The translations under genes were made by a program, and so were the position numbers. Of a stretch of 64,000 bases of DNA, positions 52,139 to 64,000 are shown in pieces. The stretch comes from Eledone cirrhosa. Taxonomy: Eukaryota. The notes under the pieces are model-generated. The model did no database searches and was not told where the DNA came from. It worked only from the letters and a program-made list of their open reading frames with translations. Position 1 is the first letter of the stretch. Each line of letters starts with the position of its first letter. Location of the stretch: the NCBI GenBank assembly GCA_964016885.1, contig OZ024749.1, positions 9,548,001-9,612,000 on the forward strand. The letters are read 5' to 3'.

Positions 52139-54345
52139 ATCATCATCATCATCATCGTTTAATGTCCATATTCCACGCTTGCATGGGTTTGGACGGGAGT
52201 TTTCCCACTTGAGACAAGAGTGGTTGTCTTGCTCGCATAGGACTGTCTGACTGGTTTTCTACGGCTGGATGCCCTTCCTATCAACAACCATATTTACAGT
52301 GTGGAACTGGGAGGTTTTTACCGTGTTACCTACACGGCCACATTACAGCGTGGACTGTGTGTTTTTTTGTCGTGACACCTACACGACCTCATTTGTTTCA
52401 GGCTGGATGTTGTGACACCAACATAACTTTACATTGAAAGGGGTGGTGTGGATGGGGTGGGGGTAGTGGGACGGGGTGTGTTTTGTTAGAGGTGCCTACT
52501 GACTGTAGTAGGTTTCACTTTGTACTTAGGTAAGGCGGGTCTTCTCTATTACTGTGTAGCGCCAAAGCTCTCGGTCCAGTGACATTGTCTTGGAGAGGTG
52601 TAAAGGTGTGAGGTCGGAATTTATCAAGTCGTCCCAGGTTTTTCTGGGTCTGCCTATTTCGTGGCTACTGTCTATTTTTATTGCCCTGCACTTTTTTATA
52701 CAGCTGTCGTCTTTCATGCGCATCACGTGACCATACCAACGTAGTCTTCTCTCGAGTAAACAACATCTGATCCCTCTTATTTATAATTTCTCCCTTAGTA
52801 CGTTTATGCTTTGCCGTTCACGTATATTACTATTACACATCCAGCGGAGCATGCAAGCTTCGTTTCTCTCCAGTCTGCGTATATCCTCTGCACACAATGC
52901 CCAGGTCTCACTGCCATGTAATATTGCTGTTCGTATGCAGGCATCATACAGCCTGCCTTTCATTTTTAGAGAGAACCCTTTAGCGGCCAGTAGTGGTATA
53001 AGCTCTCTGAACTTTTTCCATCCCGTTCTGACTCTAGCTACTGTACTTTCAGAGCACCCTCCCCCACTGCTGATTTTATCACGCAGGTAATGAAAGCTGT
53101 CCACTATTTCTATAGAACCCTCTGTGCAATGGAATGAGTTAGTATTCTGTGGGCATTTGCTGCTACTTATTGCACCAGAGCACCGGCCACATATAAAATC
53201 TATATTCTTAGTTAGCTTACCTGTGATCCCACTACATCTTTTATGTACCCATACTTTGCATTTGGGACATAAAATGGAGTTTCTACCTACTCCTTTCCTA
53301 CACACTGAGCATGGCCATTTCCCAGATGGGACCGGTGCCCTATTTTCCTTCCTACAAACTAGAACTTTAGTCTTAGACATGTTAACTTTAAGGCCTTTTG
53401 ATTCTAGGCCATGCTTCCATGTTTGGAATTTCTTCTCTAGTTCGGCCATTGATTCAGCTATGAGCGTTAGATCATCTGCATATAGGAGTTCCCATGGGCA
53501 GCCGGTCTTGAACTCCTCTGTTATAGCCTGAAGGGCAATAATAAATAGTAGGGGGCTAAGGACGGAGCCCTGATGAACACCAACTTTTACGCTAAACTCT
53601 TCACTATATTCGTTGTTAATTCTAACCTTGCTGACTGTTTCTTTATACATGGCTTGTATAGCTCTCACAAGCCATTCATCAACACCTAGTTTTCTAAGGG
53701 CCCACCAGATAATCGAGCAGGGTACTCTGTCAAAGGCTTTCTCCAAGTCAACAAAAGCTAAGTATAGGGGTTTACTTTTAGCTAGGTACTTCTCCTGTAG
53801 TTGTCGTACAATGAAAAGAGCGTCTGTTGTACTTTTTCCTGACACAAACCCGAACTGCATTTCATCTAGATCAATTCGCTCTCTGATTAGTTGCGCTATT
53901 ACTTTTTCTGTGACCTTCATGACCTGGTCAATTAATTTAATGCCTCTATAGTTTCCCCTATCTAGGGCATCACCTTTACCCTTGTAACACTTAATGATGA
54001 TGCTGCTGCGCCAGTCCTTCAGAACGACCCCATTATGTATGACTTGGTTTACTATCCGGGTGACCATAGTATGTCCCACCGTTCCAGATGCTTTCAGCAT
54101 TTCGGCAACTATTTCCGAAGGCCCGGCCGCCTTGCCCGTCTTCATGTCTTTGATCGCCTTACTTATTATACTACCTTCAACTAGCACTGCTGGTCCCTCT
54201 ATTGGGTCAATGTGGGGGAGACTGTCTTTCTCCCAATTATTCTCCTCATTTAGTAGCCTTTCGTAGTGACACTTCCAAGCTACCTTCTTATCAGCATCAG
54301 TGATGGCAAGTACACCATCATCATTTAGGACACACTTCTCCCCGA
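52139..54345 (-). mobile_element. RTE LINE, young 5'-truncated copy; RT with internal PHD finger
   Basis: ORF 52781-54187: [37 protein letters not shown]; frameshifted C-terminus; (GAT)n tail. Confidence 0.92.
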
Positions 54346-54445
54346 GAGATATATATATATATGTATATATATATGTATATATATATGTATATATATATGT
54401 ATATATGTATATATAAATGTATATATATATATGTATATATATATT

Positions 54446-54500
<55 letters not shown>

Positions 54501-55919
54501 GTATATATAGCGGCGATGAATTAGTTTTGCGAGGTTTTTTATATGAAATCGTGTGTCGAAACAAATATTGTTACACTTGGGGAGGGTCATATTTGTGTAA
54601 CATTGCCAGAATTAATAACAGACCACACTCACTGTTTGGTTGGTTTTCGCTTCTCGCTTCTGTGTCTTTTATATCGGTAATCTAACTTACTCGGTCCTCA
54701 ATGTTGCCATTGACTGACCGACGCTCAAAAATAATACAGACACAATATAGACACAAACACATATATATAGTTTATCATAAATCTTTCGTTGCACATCTGC
54801 AACATCGTCAGAGGTGTTATATTTTCCTCCTGTTGTATTGTATGTCTACGCCATTTTTATTCAGTCTGTCTATATATTTATTTATTTATTTGCTTGTTTG
54901 TTTATTTTATTTTGTCTTCTTTGCGCATGCGTTTGCGTGTGTGTATAGTGTTTTGTTTGCTGTGTGATGGGTGACTAGTGTGTGTTTATGTGCTTGTTGT
55001 TATTGTGTATGTATTTATTTATTTATTTATTTTATTTTACTTATTTATACTTCTATAAGGTCAGTGTTGTTTGTTTGGGTGTTGTTGTTATTCCATTCAT
55101 TCTTTTAGCCTTGGTCTTCTAATTTCTATTTCACTGGCCTCTCTGATTTGCCTATCTGCTGGGTCATTTCTATGTTTAGATATTGTTCTAATTTCTATGT
55201 TGTGTATGTTACCGTCATGTTGTTGTCTAGCATGTTCGTATAGTACTGACCCGTTTTTTCGTCCTTTTAGTTCCCCCCAGTGTTGGTCTATCCTTTCACC
55301 TATGCTACGAGCTGTCTCACCTATGTATCTTGTTCTCATGTTTCTGCAAGTACCCTCTGTACATCTTATGCTATAGACTACATTTCTAGTTTTACAGTTT
55401 ATCCGGGGGTTCACCTTACATATGATACATTTCCTATTGGTACAGTGGGTTTTCTTGAAAGGGTAGGTTTTGCTGATCAGGGATTTTATGGTGGTTCCTG
55501 GCTTTTCTACCACCTTTATTTTTAAGTGGGTCTTTCTCAGGGCCTTTCTACACTGGTTAGCTAATTTCCCTCCAGGGGTGGCGTCCACAAACATGACACT
55601 CTGGTATCTCTGGTTGTCGTACCATGAGGTGGCTTTCCCTATCTTATGCCTAGCCCTATCTAAGCTATTCCATGATTTGCTCCTGTATAATGGGCAAATT
55701 CCTTTCATGTCCAGTTCTATGAGGGTCTTATACTTTTCCATGGCTCCTTCGTATACTCTGACTCCGTCTCTTTGGTTGTAGCCAGAGAACTGCATGCGGT
55801 TGATGAAGTTTTACATCATTCATACGGATATTGTCGATGTTATCTGGGTATTTTTGAGAATATTCGATTTTCCTTTCTTGTAGTTTTTTCTTATTCATCC
55901 ATTCTAATTTCTTATTGAA

Positions 55920-58012
55920 ATGCCTATTGCATTCGTTTCGAGCGTATTTCGTTTCACGTCGGATGATGCTCATGAAATTGCACAACAAACACACGATGGG
56001 AGAGAGAAAATCCTCAACGCTCACACGATGTTGTGGACTGACATCCTAAAGCCAAGCAGACGCACTGCCAACAACTTCCAGGCGTCTAACAATGGCATAC
56101 CACCCTTGTATGGGCTCCGCAAAGACCACAAGACAGTCGACGACCCGACAACAGGACCACCAACAAGACCTGTATGTGGAGCTAATATAGCTAGCAACTA
56201 CAGGATCTCCTACTTCCTCTCAATGGTTATACGCCCCATAATCAAGATGTCCCCAGATGTATGTGACAGTACAGAGGACCTCCTCAGCAGAATCAGTGAG
56301 TGCAACAAAAACAGGAGCCTATCCAACTGCATAATAGGCAGCATGGATGTGGTGTCACTGTACCCATCCATTAACATTGATTTTGCTGTGAAAAGATGTG
56401 TGGAGATGATCATTGAGAGTAAGGTGGAGTTCTGCGACGTCGACACAGACGAACTGGGCCTCCTACTTAGACTTACCTACGACACTGACTACCTAGACAG
56501 CCATGACCTTAGATGTTTCTGCCCTAGTAGACCTATAAGAGGTAGACCCCCCACCATAACCTCAATGGCAAAAAAGACTCCCATGGGAAGGTGGATTGGG
56601 TGGACCAAAGCTATACGGACCCCCCAAAACAATGATCAGGTAAGAAAAATGGTCGCACATGCAATAGGGGCTAGTATCAAAACTACCCTAAAGGGCCACA
56701 TATTTAAGTTCAACGAGAAGATCTACACCCAAAATGAGGGAGCAGCCATCGGCGTCAGCATAGCTGGTGATGTTGCCAACCTTTTCATGGTATGGTGGGA
56801 AAGGAGACTTAAAGATCTCCTTAATGAGAGCTCCATAGACCTCATCATGTACTCTCGTTACATAGACGATATCAATATAGTTATAAGAACATCCCCACTA
56901 GAGAGCACTAACAAGTTTGATTTAGAACATAGCATGATGGAAAGTATCCAGCAGATAGCTAATTCCATACACCAGAGTATAACTGTAACTATCGACTTCC
57001 CTTCCAAACACCCTAACAATAGACTACCTGTATTAGACACAGAACTCTGGATTAACAATATAGACGAGAGAGCCCAAATTCTCCACTCACACTATGCTAA
57101 ACCCATGGCCTCCAAATACCTGATACTCAAAAACTCAGCAATGTCCAGTAGTGCTAAGTTTAATATTCTGATCGCAGATTTGGTACGAGTGATGAAGAAT
57201 GTGTCCCGCATGTGCGACCCAACAGAAATGGAAAGACACATCCAACACTTCATCAACCGCATGCAGTTCTCTGGCTACAACCAAAGAGACAGAGTCAGAG
57301 TATACGAAGGAGCCATGGAAAAGTATAAGACCCTCATAGAACTGGACATGAAAGGAATTTGCCCATTATACAGGAGCAAATCATGGAATAGCTTAGATAG
57401 GGCTAGACATAAGATAGGGAAAGCCACCTCATGGTACGACAACCAGAGATACCAGAGTGTCATGTTTGTGGACGCCACCCCTGGAGGGAAATTAGCTAAC
57501 CAGTGTAGAAAGGCCCTGAGAAAGACCCACTTAAAAATAAAGGTGGTAGAAAAGCCAGGAACCACCATAAAATCCCTGATCAGCAAAACCTACCCTTTTA
57601 AGAAAACCCACTGTACCAATAAGAAATGTATCATATGTAAGGTGAACCCCAGGATAAACTGTAAAACTAGAAACGTAGTCTATAGCATAAGATGTACAGA
57701 GGGTACTTGCAGAAACATGAGAACAAGATACATAGGTGAGACAGCTCGTAGCATAGGTGAAAGGATAGACCAACACTGGGGGGAACTAAAAGGATGAAAA
57801 AACGGGTCAGTACTATACGAACAAGCTAGACAACAACATGACGGTAACATACACAACATAGAAATTAGAACAATATCTAAACATAGAAATGACCCAGCAG
57901 ATAGGCAAATCAGAGAGGCCAGTGAAATAGAAATTAGAAGACCAAGGCTAAACAGAAAGAATGAATGGAATAACAACACCCAAACAAACAACACTGACCT
58001 AAGAGAAGTATA
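55920..58012 (+). pseudogene. PLE RT + GIY-YIG endonuclease, N-truncated, premature TGA at 57795
   Basis: LYGLRKDHK, SMDVVSLYPSI, RYIDD, CIIC, NVVY..YIGET; the inverted copy has CGA (Arg) at the stop. Confidence 0.9.
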
Positions 58013-58106
58013 AATAAGTAAAATGAAATAAATAAATAAATAAATATATAGACAGACTGAATAAAAATGGCGTAGACATACAATACAACAGGAGGAAAAT
58101 ATAACA

Positions 58107-58146
58107 CCACTGACGATGTTGCAGATGTGCAACGAAAGATTTATGA
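58107..58146 (+). ncRNA. Hammerhead motif of PLE A (mirror copy on - at about 54775-54814)
   Basis: CTGACGA-t-gttgc(agatgt)gcaac-GAAA-gatt-TA; weak stem I. Confidence 0.65.
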
Positions 58147-58245
58147 TAAACTATATATATGTGTTTGTGTCTATATTGTATCTGTATTATTTTTGAGCGT
58201 CGGTCAGTCAATGGCAACATTGAGGACCGAGTAAGTTAGATTACC

Positions 58246-59988
58246 TGCCAACCCAACGCCGTCGCCTTCTACTCCAGATACGTTGATGACATCCTGATAC
58301 TTACTTCTTCCCGGGAGATGGCTAATGAAATTCACCAAATTTTCAACGATACTGACCATCACGTCGATTTCACCATCGAACACCCAGGAGAAGACGGGTC
58401 ACTCGCCCTCCTCGACTTCCGTATCAATATCTCGGAAGAAGGAGACATAAACACCACCTTCTACCGCAAAGCAGCGTGCAAGGACTTATTTGTGCATTAT
58501 AACTCAGCCCTCCCCAACAACACTAAGAGAGGCTATGTCCTAAATGAACTGACACGGATCACTAACAGATGCAGCGACCCGATGGGTGGTCTCACCCATA
58601 CCACGCAATTCCGTAATCTACTCAGATCTAATGGTTATCCCAAGCGACTGATTAACGGAATTAGAGACCCCAGACCCAATAGACAGACACCCACTAGAAA
58701 CTTAAATAAATGCAGGTGCTTCTTTAAAATCCCCCACCTGAGTGATTATACCACGAACGCCATCCGCAGGGCCATACGGACGGAGGGACTTGACATACAT
58801 TTGGCCCACACAGGACCTTCACTGCGAAGATGCCTCTCCAACAAACCCGACGAGTCAGATGGGACGTGTTCCCTCAGCAACTGCCCGATACGGGGGGCAG
58901 ATTGCCTACGCACCTATGTCGTATATAAGATTCAATGCGATAAATGTAACAAGTTTTACATAAGTAGCACCATCCGACCCCTACATGTTCGTATCAAGGA
59001 ACATATCAACACCAACGCATCTTCCTTCCGTAAACACATCCTTAAATGCGGAAACCCACAGGGTATACCCTTGGTCACAGTCCTAGTGACTGAACGCAGC
59101 ATCGGATCCTTAAGGATAAAGGAAGCACTTGTTATTAAGAACCTCAGACCCCCACTTAACAACCGGGCTGAGAGAAATGAGCTGACATGGCTAACTTAAC
59201 CATAGTGACCATTCACAGCCTACGGCCTGCTATCTTCACACACACGCACGTATATGCATACCCATACGCATACACACACACATCTATATTTATACACGCA
59301 CACATGTTTTTACAACCTACCACCTTTCACACCCTTTGATTTCCAGCTTCTACAGCCCACTATCTTTCACACACACACGCACTCACACATATACACACAC
59401 AGTTACACACACATGTATACCCATACGCTTACACACACACATCTATATTTATACACGCACACATGTTTTACAACCTACCACCTTTCACACCCTTTGATTT
59501 CCAGCTTCTACAGCCCACTATCTTTCACACACACACACTCACACATATACACACTTACACTTATACACACACAGTTACACACACATATATATTTACACAC
59601 ACATATTTTACGGCTTTCACATGCTAGCGCACCCTCTTGATTTAACCCATTTGGTCAGTAGCTTTTGCCACAGCCTATCACGCGCACGCGCATTCTTTCC
59701 CTCGTTTAAATTTTAAATAATTTTCTCCCCATAACGGCATTCCTGTCTTAACGACATCACAACTTTCTCCGCTTGGCCTGTTCCCCCCCTTTTGGAACTT
59801 TCCCCCATTGATGGGCGTGAGCCCGAAATATTGGGATTAAATCTCCACTACGGTAACCCTTCTACCTTTGTTTTGTTTTCATCTTTGTCTCTCTCAATTT
59901 TCACTTTCACCTGTTTCTCCTATCTATCATTCACTTCCTACCTCGAGATTTCCCTCTGCATTGTTGTGGCTTTCTTAACTACGTATTT
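58246..59988 (+). mobile_element. Penelope-like element B, 5'-truncated (RT C-terminus, GIY-YIG, 3' UTR)
   Basis: RYVDD at about 58276, ORF to 59199 with VVY..YISST, RIKEH; degenerate hammerhead gggc(gtga)gccc-GAAA near 59810; ends in (TA)n. Confidence 0.85.
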
Positions 59989-60014
59989 TATATATATATA
60001 TATAGTTAGTTAGT

Positions 60015-60300
60015 TAGTGTACGAAATATCTGTACAAGCTCTCCACATCTTTCTTTCATCGTGCCTACATTGATAGTGCCAGGTCTGAAGTTATGGTGTT
60101 CGGCAGAAGAGTGAGGGGGGGGGGTAAACTTGGTAGGGAGTGAGAAAGATGAGTTGGTGTTGGTTTTCAATATCTGAAATAAAGAAGAACATTTGCCTGG
60201 TTGTCGAGAGGAGGCTGGTGGGTGTATATTCATTGCTAGGAATGCTCCAACTTAGTAATCCAATTGCCATACAGAACAACATCAGACCCATAACAACTGT
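60015..60300 (-). mobile_element. RTE ORF 5' start (APE N-terminus)
   Basis: FRPGTINVGTMKERCGELVQ. Confidence 0.55.
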
Positions 60301-61029
60301 TTATTGCCATAGAGATTGAGTTAACAGTTACATGTTTGTGCTGCAGTGTACTAATTGGTCTATGTGGTAATGGTGGTGTGTAGGTGTGTAGAGTGGGGGT
60401 TGGGGGTGCAGGTTACATGGGAATATGGCAAAAGAGAAAAGAAAAAAATGTAGTCTAGAGGAGAACAAGTTGTTTGACCTGAGTGGTATGGGGGGGGCAT
60501 GGCTGGAGAGAAAAAGCAAGAGGTTACATTAGGTTTGATAGATGAATGAATATCTTCCTTCTGAATTATGAAGGTAAGTGAGAGGCTGAGGGTTGTAGGG
60601 GACAGAGAAGGAGAAGCATGTGGGATTTGGGGTTTTTTTGTTTTTTTTTTCTCTAGAACAATCTAAGGGAGGTGGAACACATAATCAACACCACCATCCT
60701 TATGTTGCAACATACAATAGACATTGTACAGTCTTCAGTAGATAACTACACAATCTAAAGTTGTTAAAAGTTTGGATCTAATTTTTTTCAGTTTTCTTTT
60801 TTTTTTTCTTTTCTTTTCCTTTTCTTTGTCGATAGTCTGTTATCTTAACTAGCTTCATCAAACTCACAGGCTGAGATATCTTTACATATGTTTAGTAAAT
60901 GTTCAACAAATGTATAAGCAACAGACAAATGGCTCTTTTCAAGAAATTCAAGTACATTTTAGCTTGCTTTCTAATTACAGTGTACTGATTATATAGACGT
61001 GTGATTTTCATGACTTCTTCTTTCACACA

Positions 61030-61320
61030 ACAATAATAATGATGGGGATGACAATGACAGCAACAACAACAACAATAATAATGATAATAATGATGAAGAT
61101 GACAATGACAGCAACAACAACAACAATAATAATGATAATAATGATGAAGATGACAATGACAGCAACAACAACAACAATAATAATAATGATGATGATGACA
61201 ATGATAATAATAATAATAATAATAATGATTTCTTTATTAAACACAAAGTATTTTAATAATAATAACAACAATAATAGTAATAACTATGATAATGATGAAG
61301 ATGATGATGATGATGAATAA
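61030..61320. repeat. (AAT/GAT/CAA) compound repeat
   Basis: Visible directly. Confidence 0.9.
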
Positions 61321-61582
61321 ATAAGTAAGTAAATAGATAAGAATAAAATACAATTCTCTACAATGAAAAATAGAATAAAAGATATTTTTACAAAATACTG
61401 AAACTTTTTTGGGGGGGGGGGGGGGGGCTTGGGGGGGGGGGGGGGGGGCTTTTGGGGTTTTTTTTTACAGAAGAGTTAGTTTTAGCAGTTGAAATTAATT
61501 GAAGAGAGAATTGTCACCATGGTAGCAAAGATATTGTTACAAGTTAGATATGTATATATCATAGGCAAATGGTATGTGTTTT

Positions 61583-61813
61583 ATCATCATCATTGTTATC
61601 ATCTTCATCACCATCATTATCATCATTTCTATCGCCATTACCATCATCACTATCATCATCATCAACATCATCACTATCATCAACGCTATCATCATCACTA
61701 TCATCAACGCTATCATCATCACTATCATCATCATCATCACTATCATCATCATCACTATCATCATCATCATCATCATCAACGCTATCATCATCATCACTAT
61801 CATCATCATCACT

Positions 61814-61847
<34 letters not shown>

Positions 61848-62130
61848 ACGCTATCATCATCATCACTATCATCATCATCACTATCATCATCATCATCACT
61901 ATCATCATCATCATCACTATCATCAACGCTATCATCATCATCATCACTATCATCATCATCGCTATCATCATCATCGCTATCATCATCATCATCACTATCA
62001 TCATCATTGTCATCATCACTATCATCATCATCACTATCATCATCATCGTCATCATCACTATCGTCATCATCACTATCATCATCATCGTCATCATCATCAT
62101 CAACAGCAGCAACAGAAACATCATCATCAA
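61583..62130. repeat. (CAT)n-derived array
   Basis: Visible directly. Confidence 0.95.
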
Positions 62131-62278
62131 CATTATTTCCTGCCTGCTGTCCATAAATATCATATCCAGCACCACTGCCAGTCACCACACTACACCACCT
62201 TCCAATATAACAGTCTCTCTTTCTACACAGGATTTCTCATCACAAATCTTGCAAAACAAATATAATATAAATGTGTAG

Positions 62279-62316
<38 letters not shown>

Positions 62317-62409
62317 ATATATATGTGTGTGTGTGTGTGTATACGTGTGTGTGTGTATATGTGTGTGTATATATATATGTGTGTGTGTGTGTATATGTGT
62401 GTGTATATA

Positions 62410-62576
<167 letters not shown>

Positions 62577-62673
62577 ATATATATACACATCATCATCATC
62601 ATCATTTTATGTCTGCTTTTCCCTGCTTGCAAGAGTTGGACACATATATATATATATATACACACACATATAT

Positions 62674-62709
<36 letters not shown>

Positions 62710-62760
62710 ACACATTTATATTGTATTTGTTTTGCGAGATCTTTTATACAATATAAATCC

Positions 62761-63820
62761 ATTTTATGTGGCCGGTGCTCTGGTGCAATACGTAGCAGCA
62801 AATGCCCACAATACTAGTTCATTCCATTGCACAGATGGTTCTATAGAAATAGTGGACACCTTCCGTTACCTGGGTGACAAAATCAGCAGTGGTGGAGGGT
62901 GTTCTGAAAGTACAGTAGCTAGAGTCAGAACTGGATGGAAAAAGTTCAGAGAGCTTATACCACTATTGGCCGCTAAAGGGTTCTCTCTGAAAATGAAAGG
63001 CAGGCTGTATGATGCCTGCATACGAACAGCAATGTTACATGGCAGTGAGACTTGGACCTTGTGTGCAGAGGATCTATGCAGACTGGAGAGGAACGAAGCT
63101 AGCATGCTACATTGGATGTGTAATAGTAATATATGCGAACGGCAAAGCATAAATGAACTAAGTGAGAAATTAGGAATAAGAGGGATCAGATGCTGTTTGC
63201 TCAAGAGAAGACTACGTTGGTATGGTCACGTGATGCGCATGAAAGATGACAGCTGTATAAAAAAGTGCAATGCGATCAAAATAGACGGTAGCCACGGAGT
63301 AGGCAGACCCAGAAAAACCTGGGATGACTTGATAAATTCCGACCTCACACACTTACACCTCTCCAGGACAATGTCACTGGACCGAGATCTTTGGCGCTAT
63401 GCAGTAATACAGAAGACCCGCCTTGCCTAAGTACAAAGTGAAACCTACAGTCAGTAGGCACCTCTTAACCAAAATACACCCCCGTCCCACTACCCCCACC
63501 CCCACCGCCATCTACACCACCCCTTTCGATGTAAAGCTATGTTGGTACCACAACATCCAGTCCTAAATAAATGAGGTCGTGTAGGTGTCGCGACAAAAAA
63601 ACACACAGTCCACGCTGTAATGTGGCCGTGTATGTAACACGATAAAAACCTCCCACTCCACACTGTAAATGTGGTTGGTGTTAGGAAGGGCATCCAGCCA
63701 TAGAAAACCCGCCAGACAGTTACGAGCAAGACAACCAATCTTGCCTCAAGTGGAACAATTCCCGTCCAGACCCATGCTAGCATGGAAGATGGACGTTAAA
63801 CGATGATGATGATGATGATG
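62761..63820 (+). mobile_element. RTE LINE (PHD family) 3' end
   Basis: [21 protein letters not shown], 3' UTR, (GAT)n. Confidence 0.9.
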
Positions 63821-64000
63821 AAATGTGTAGATAGATATATATATATATGTGTGTGTGTATATCTGTGTATATCTTCTTATCTTATCTTAAACGATCGACT
63901 TTCGTCAAATCGGACCGCGGTAACAATGTTTCCGTTGGTCTTTCCAATTGCTAATACCATCTATCGGTCGCAACTCCAGGTAGAAGGAGCAACGTGAAAT

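Larger units (their letters stand above)
54510..58245. mobile_element. Penelope-like element A with large inverted duplication
   Basis: 54676-55809 (-) mirrors 57247-58245 (+); tail 54510-54675 only on the - copy; TA array at left. Confidence 0.9.

Noticed and set aside
57795-57797. In-frame TGA as selenocysteine in the PLE endonuclease
   Set aside because: The inverted copy has CGA (Arg), so a C>T change at a CpG explains it
61471-61571. Possible downstream exon after ttttacag with donor gtatgt
   Set aside because: Stops in all frames from that acceptor; the alternative acceptor is out of phase with exon 3
61489-62278. Long His/Asp/Ser/Met-rich ORFs
   Set aside because: (CAT)n array open in most frames; no coding evidence

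Overview
AT-rich, repeat-saturated animal genomic DNA. The repeat content (tRNA-derived SINEs with (TTA)n tails, RTE LINEs with (GAT)n tails, long (TA)n arrays) suggests an octopod cephalopod; this is inference only. Most of the window is mobile DNA: >25 SINE copies, a CR1-group LINE, several RTE LINEs (one family has a PHD finger inside its RT), R4/Dong-type remnants, a DD37D maT transposon, a rearranged mariner, hAT and TTAA MITEs, Helitron-like ends and two nested Penelope-like elements (PLEs). Three small + strand exons (11512-11547, 35654-35708, 51939-52028) splice in phase into one open frame, so the window probably lies in the introns of an unidentified host gene. The most striking signal is about a dozen short, largely unrelated fold-back elements in (TA)n arrays, built as inverted arm + arm + unique tail and centred on whole or partial type I hammerhead ribozyme motifs. 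One is traceable to a GIY-YIG PLE 3' end, and several intact-looking ribozymes are sense to the putative pre-mRNA. A 92-nt inverted copy of host intron sequence could pair over the first exon's splice donor. All structures and translations were read by eye; nothing was computed or searched.
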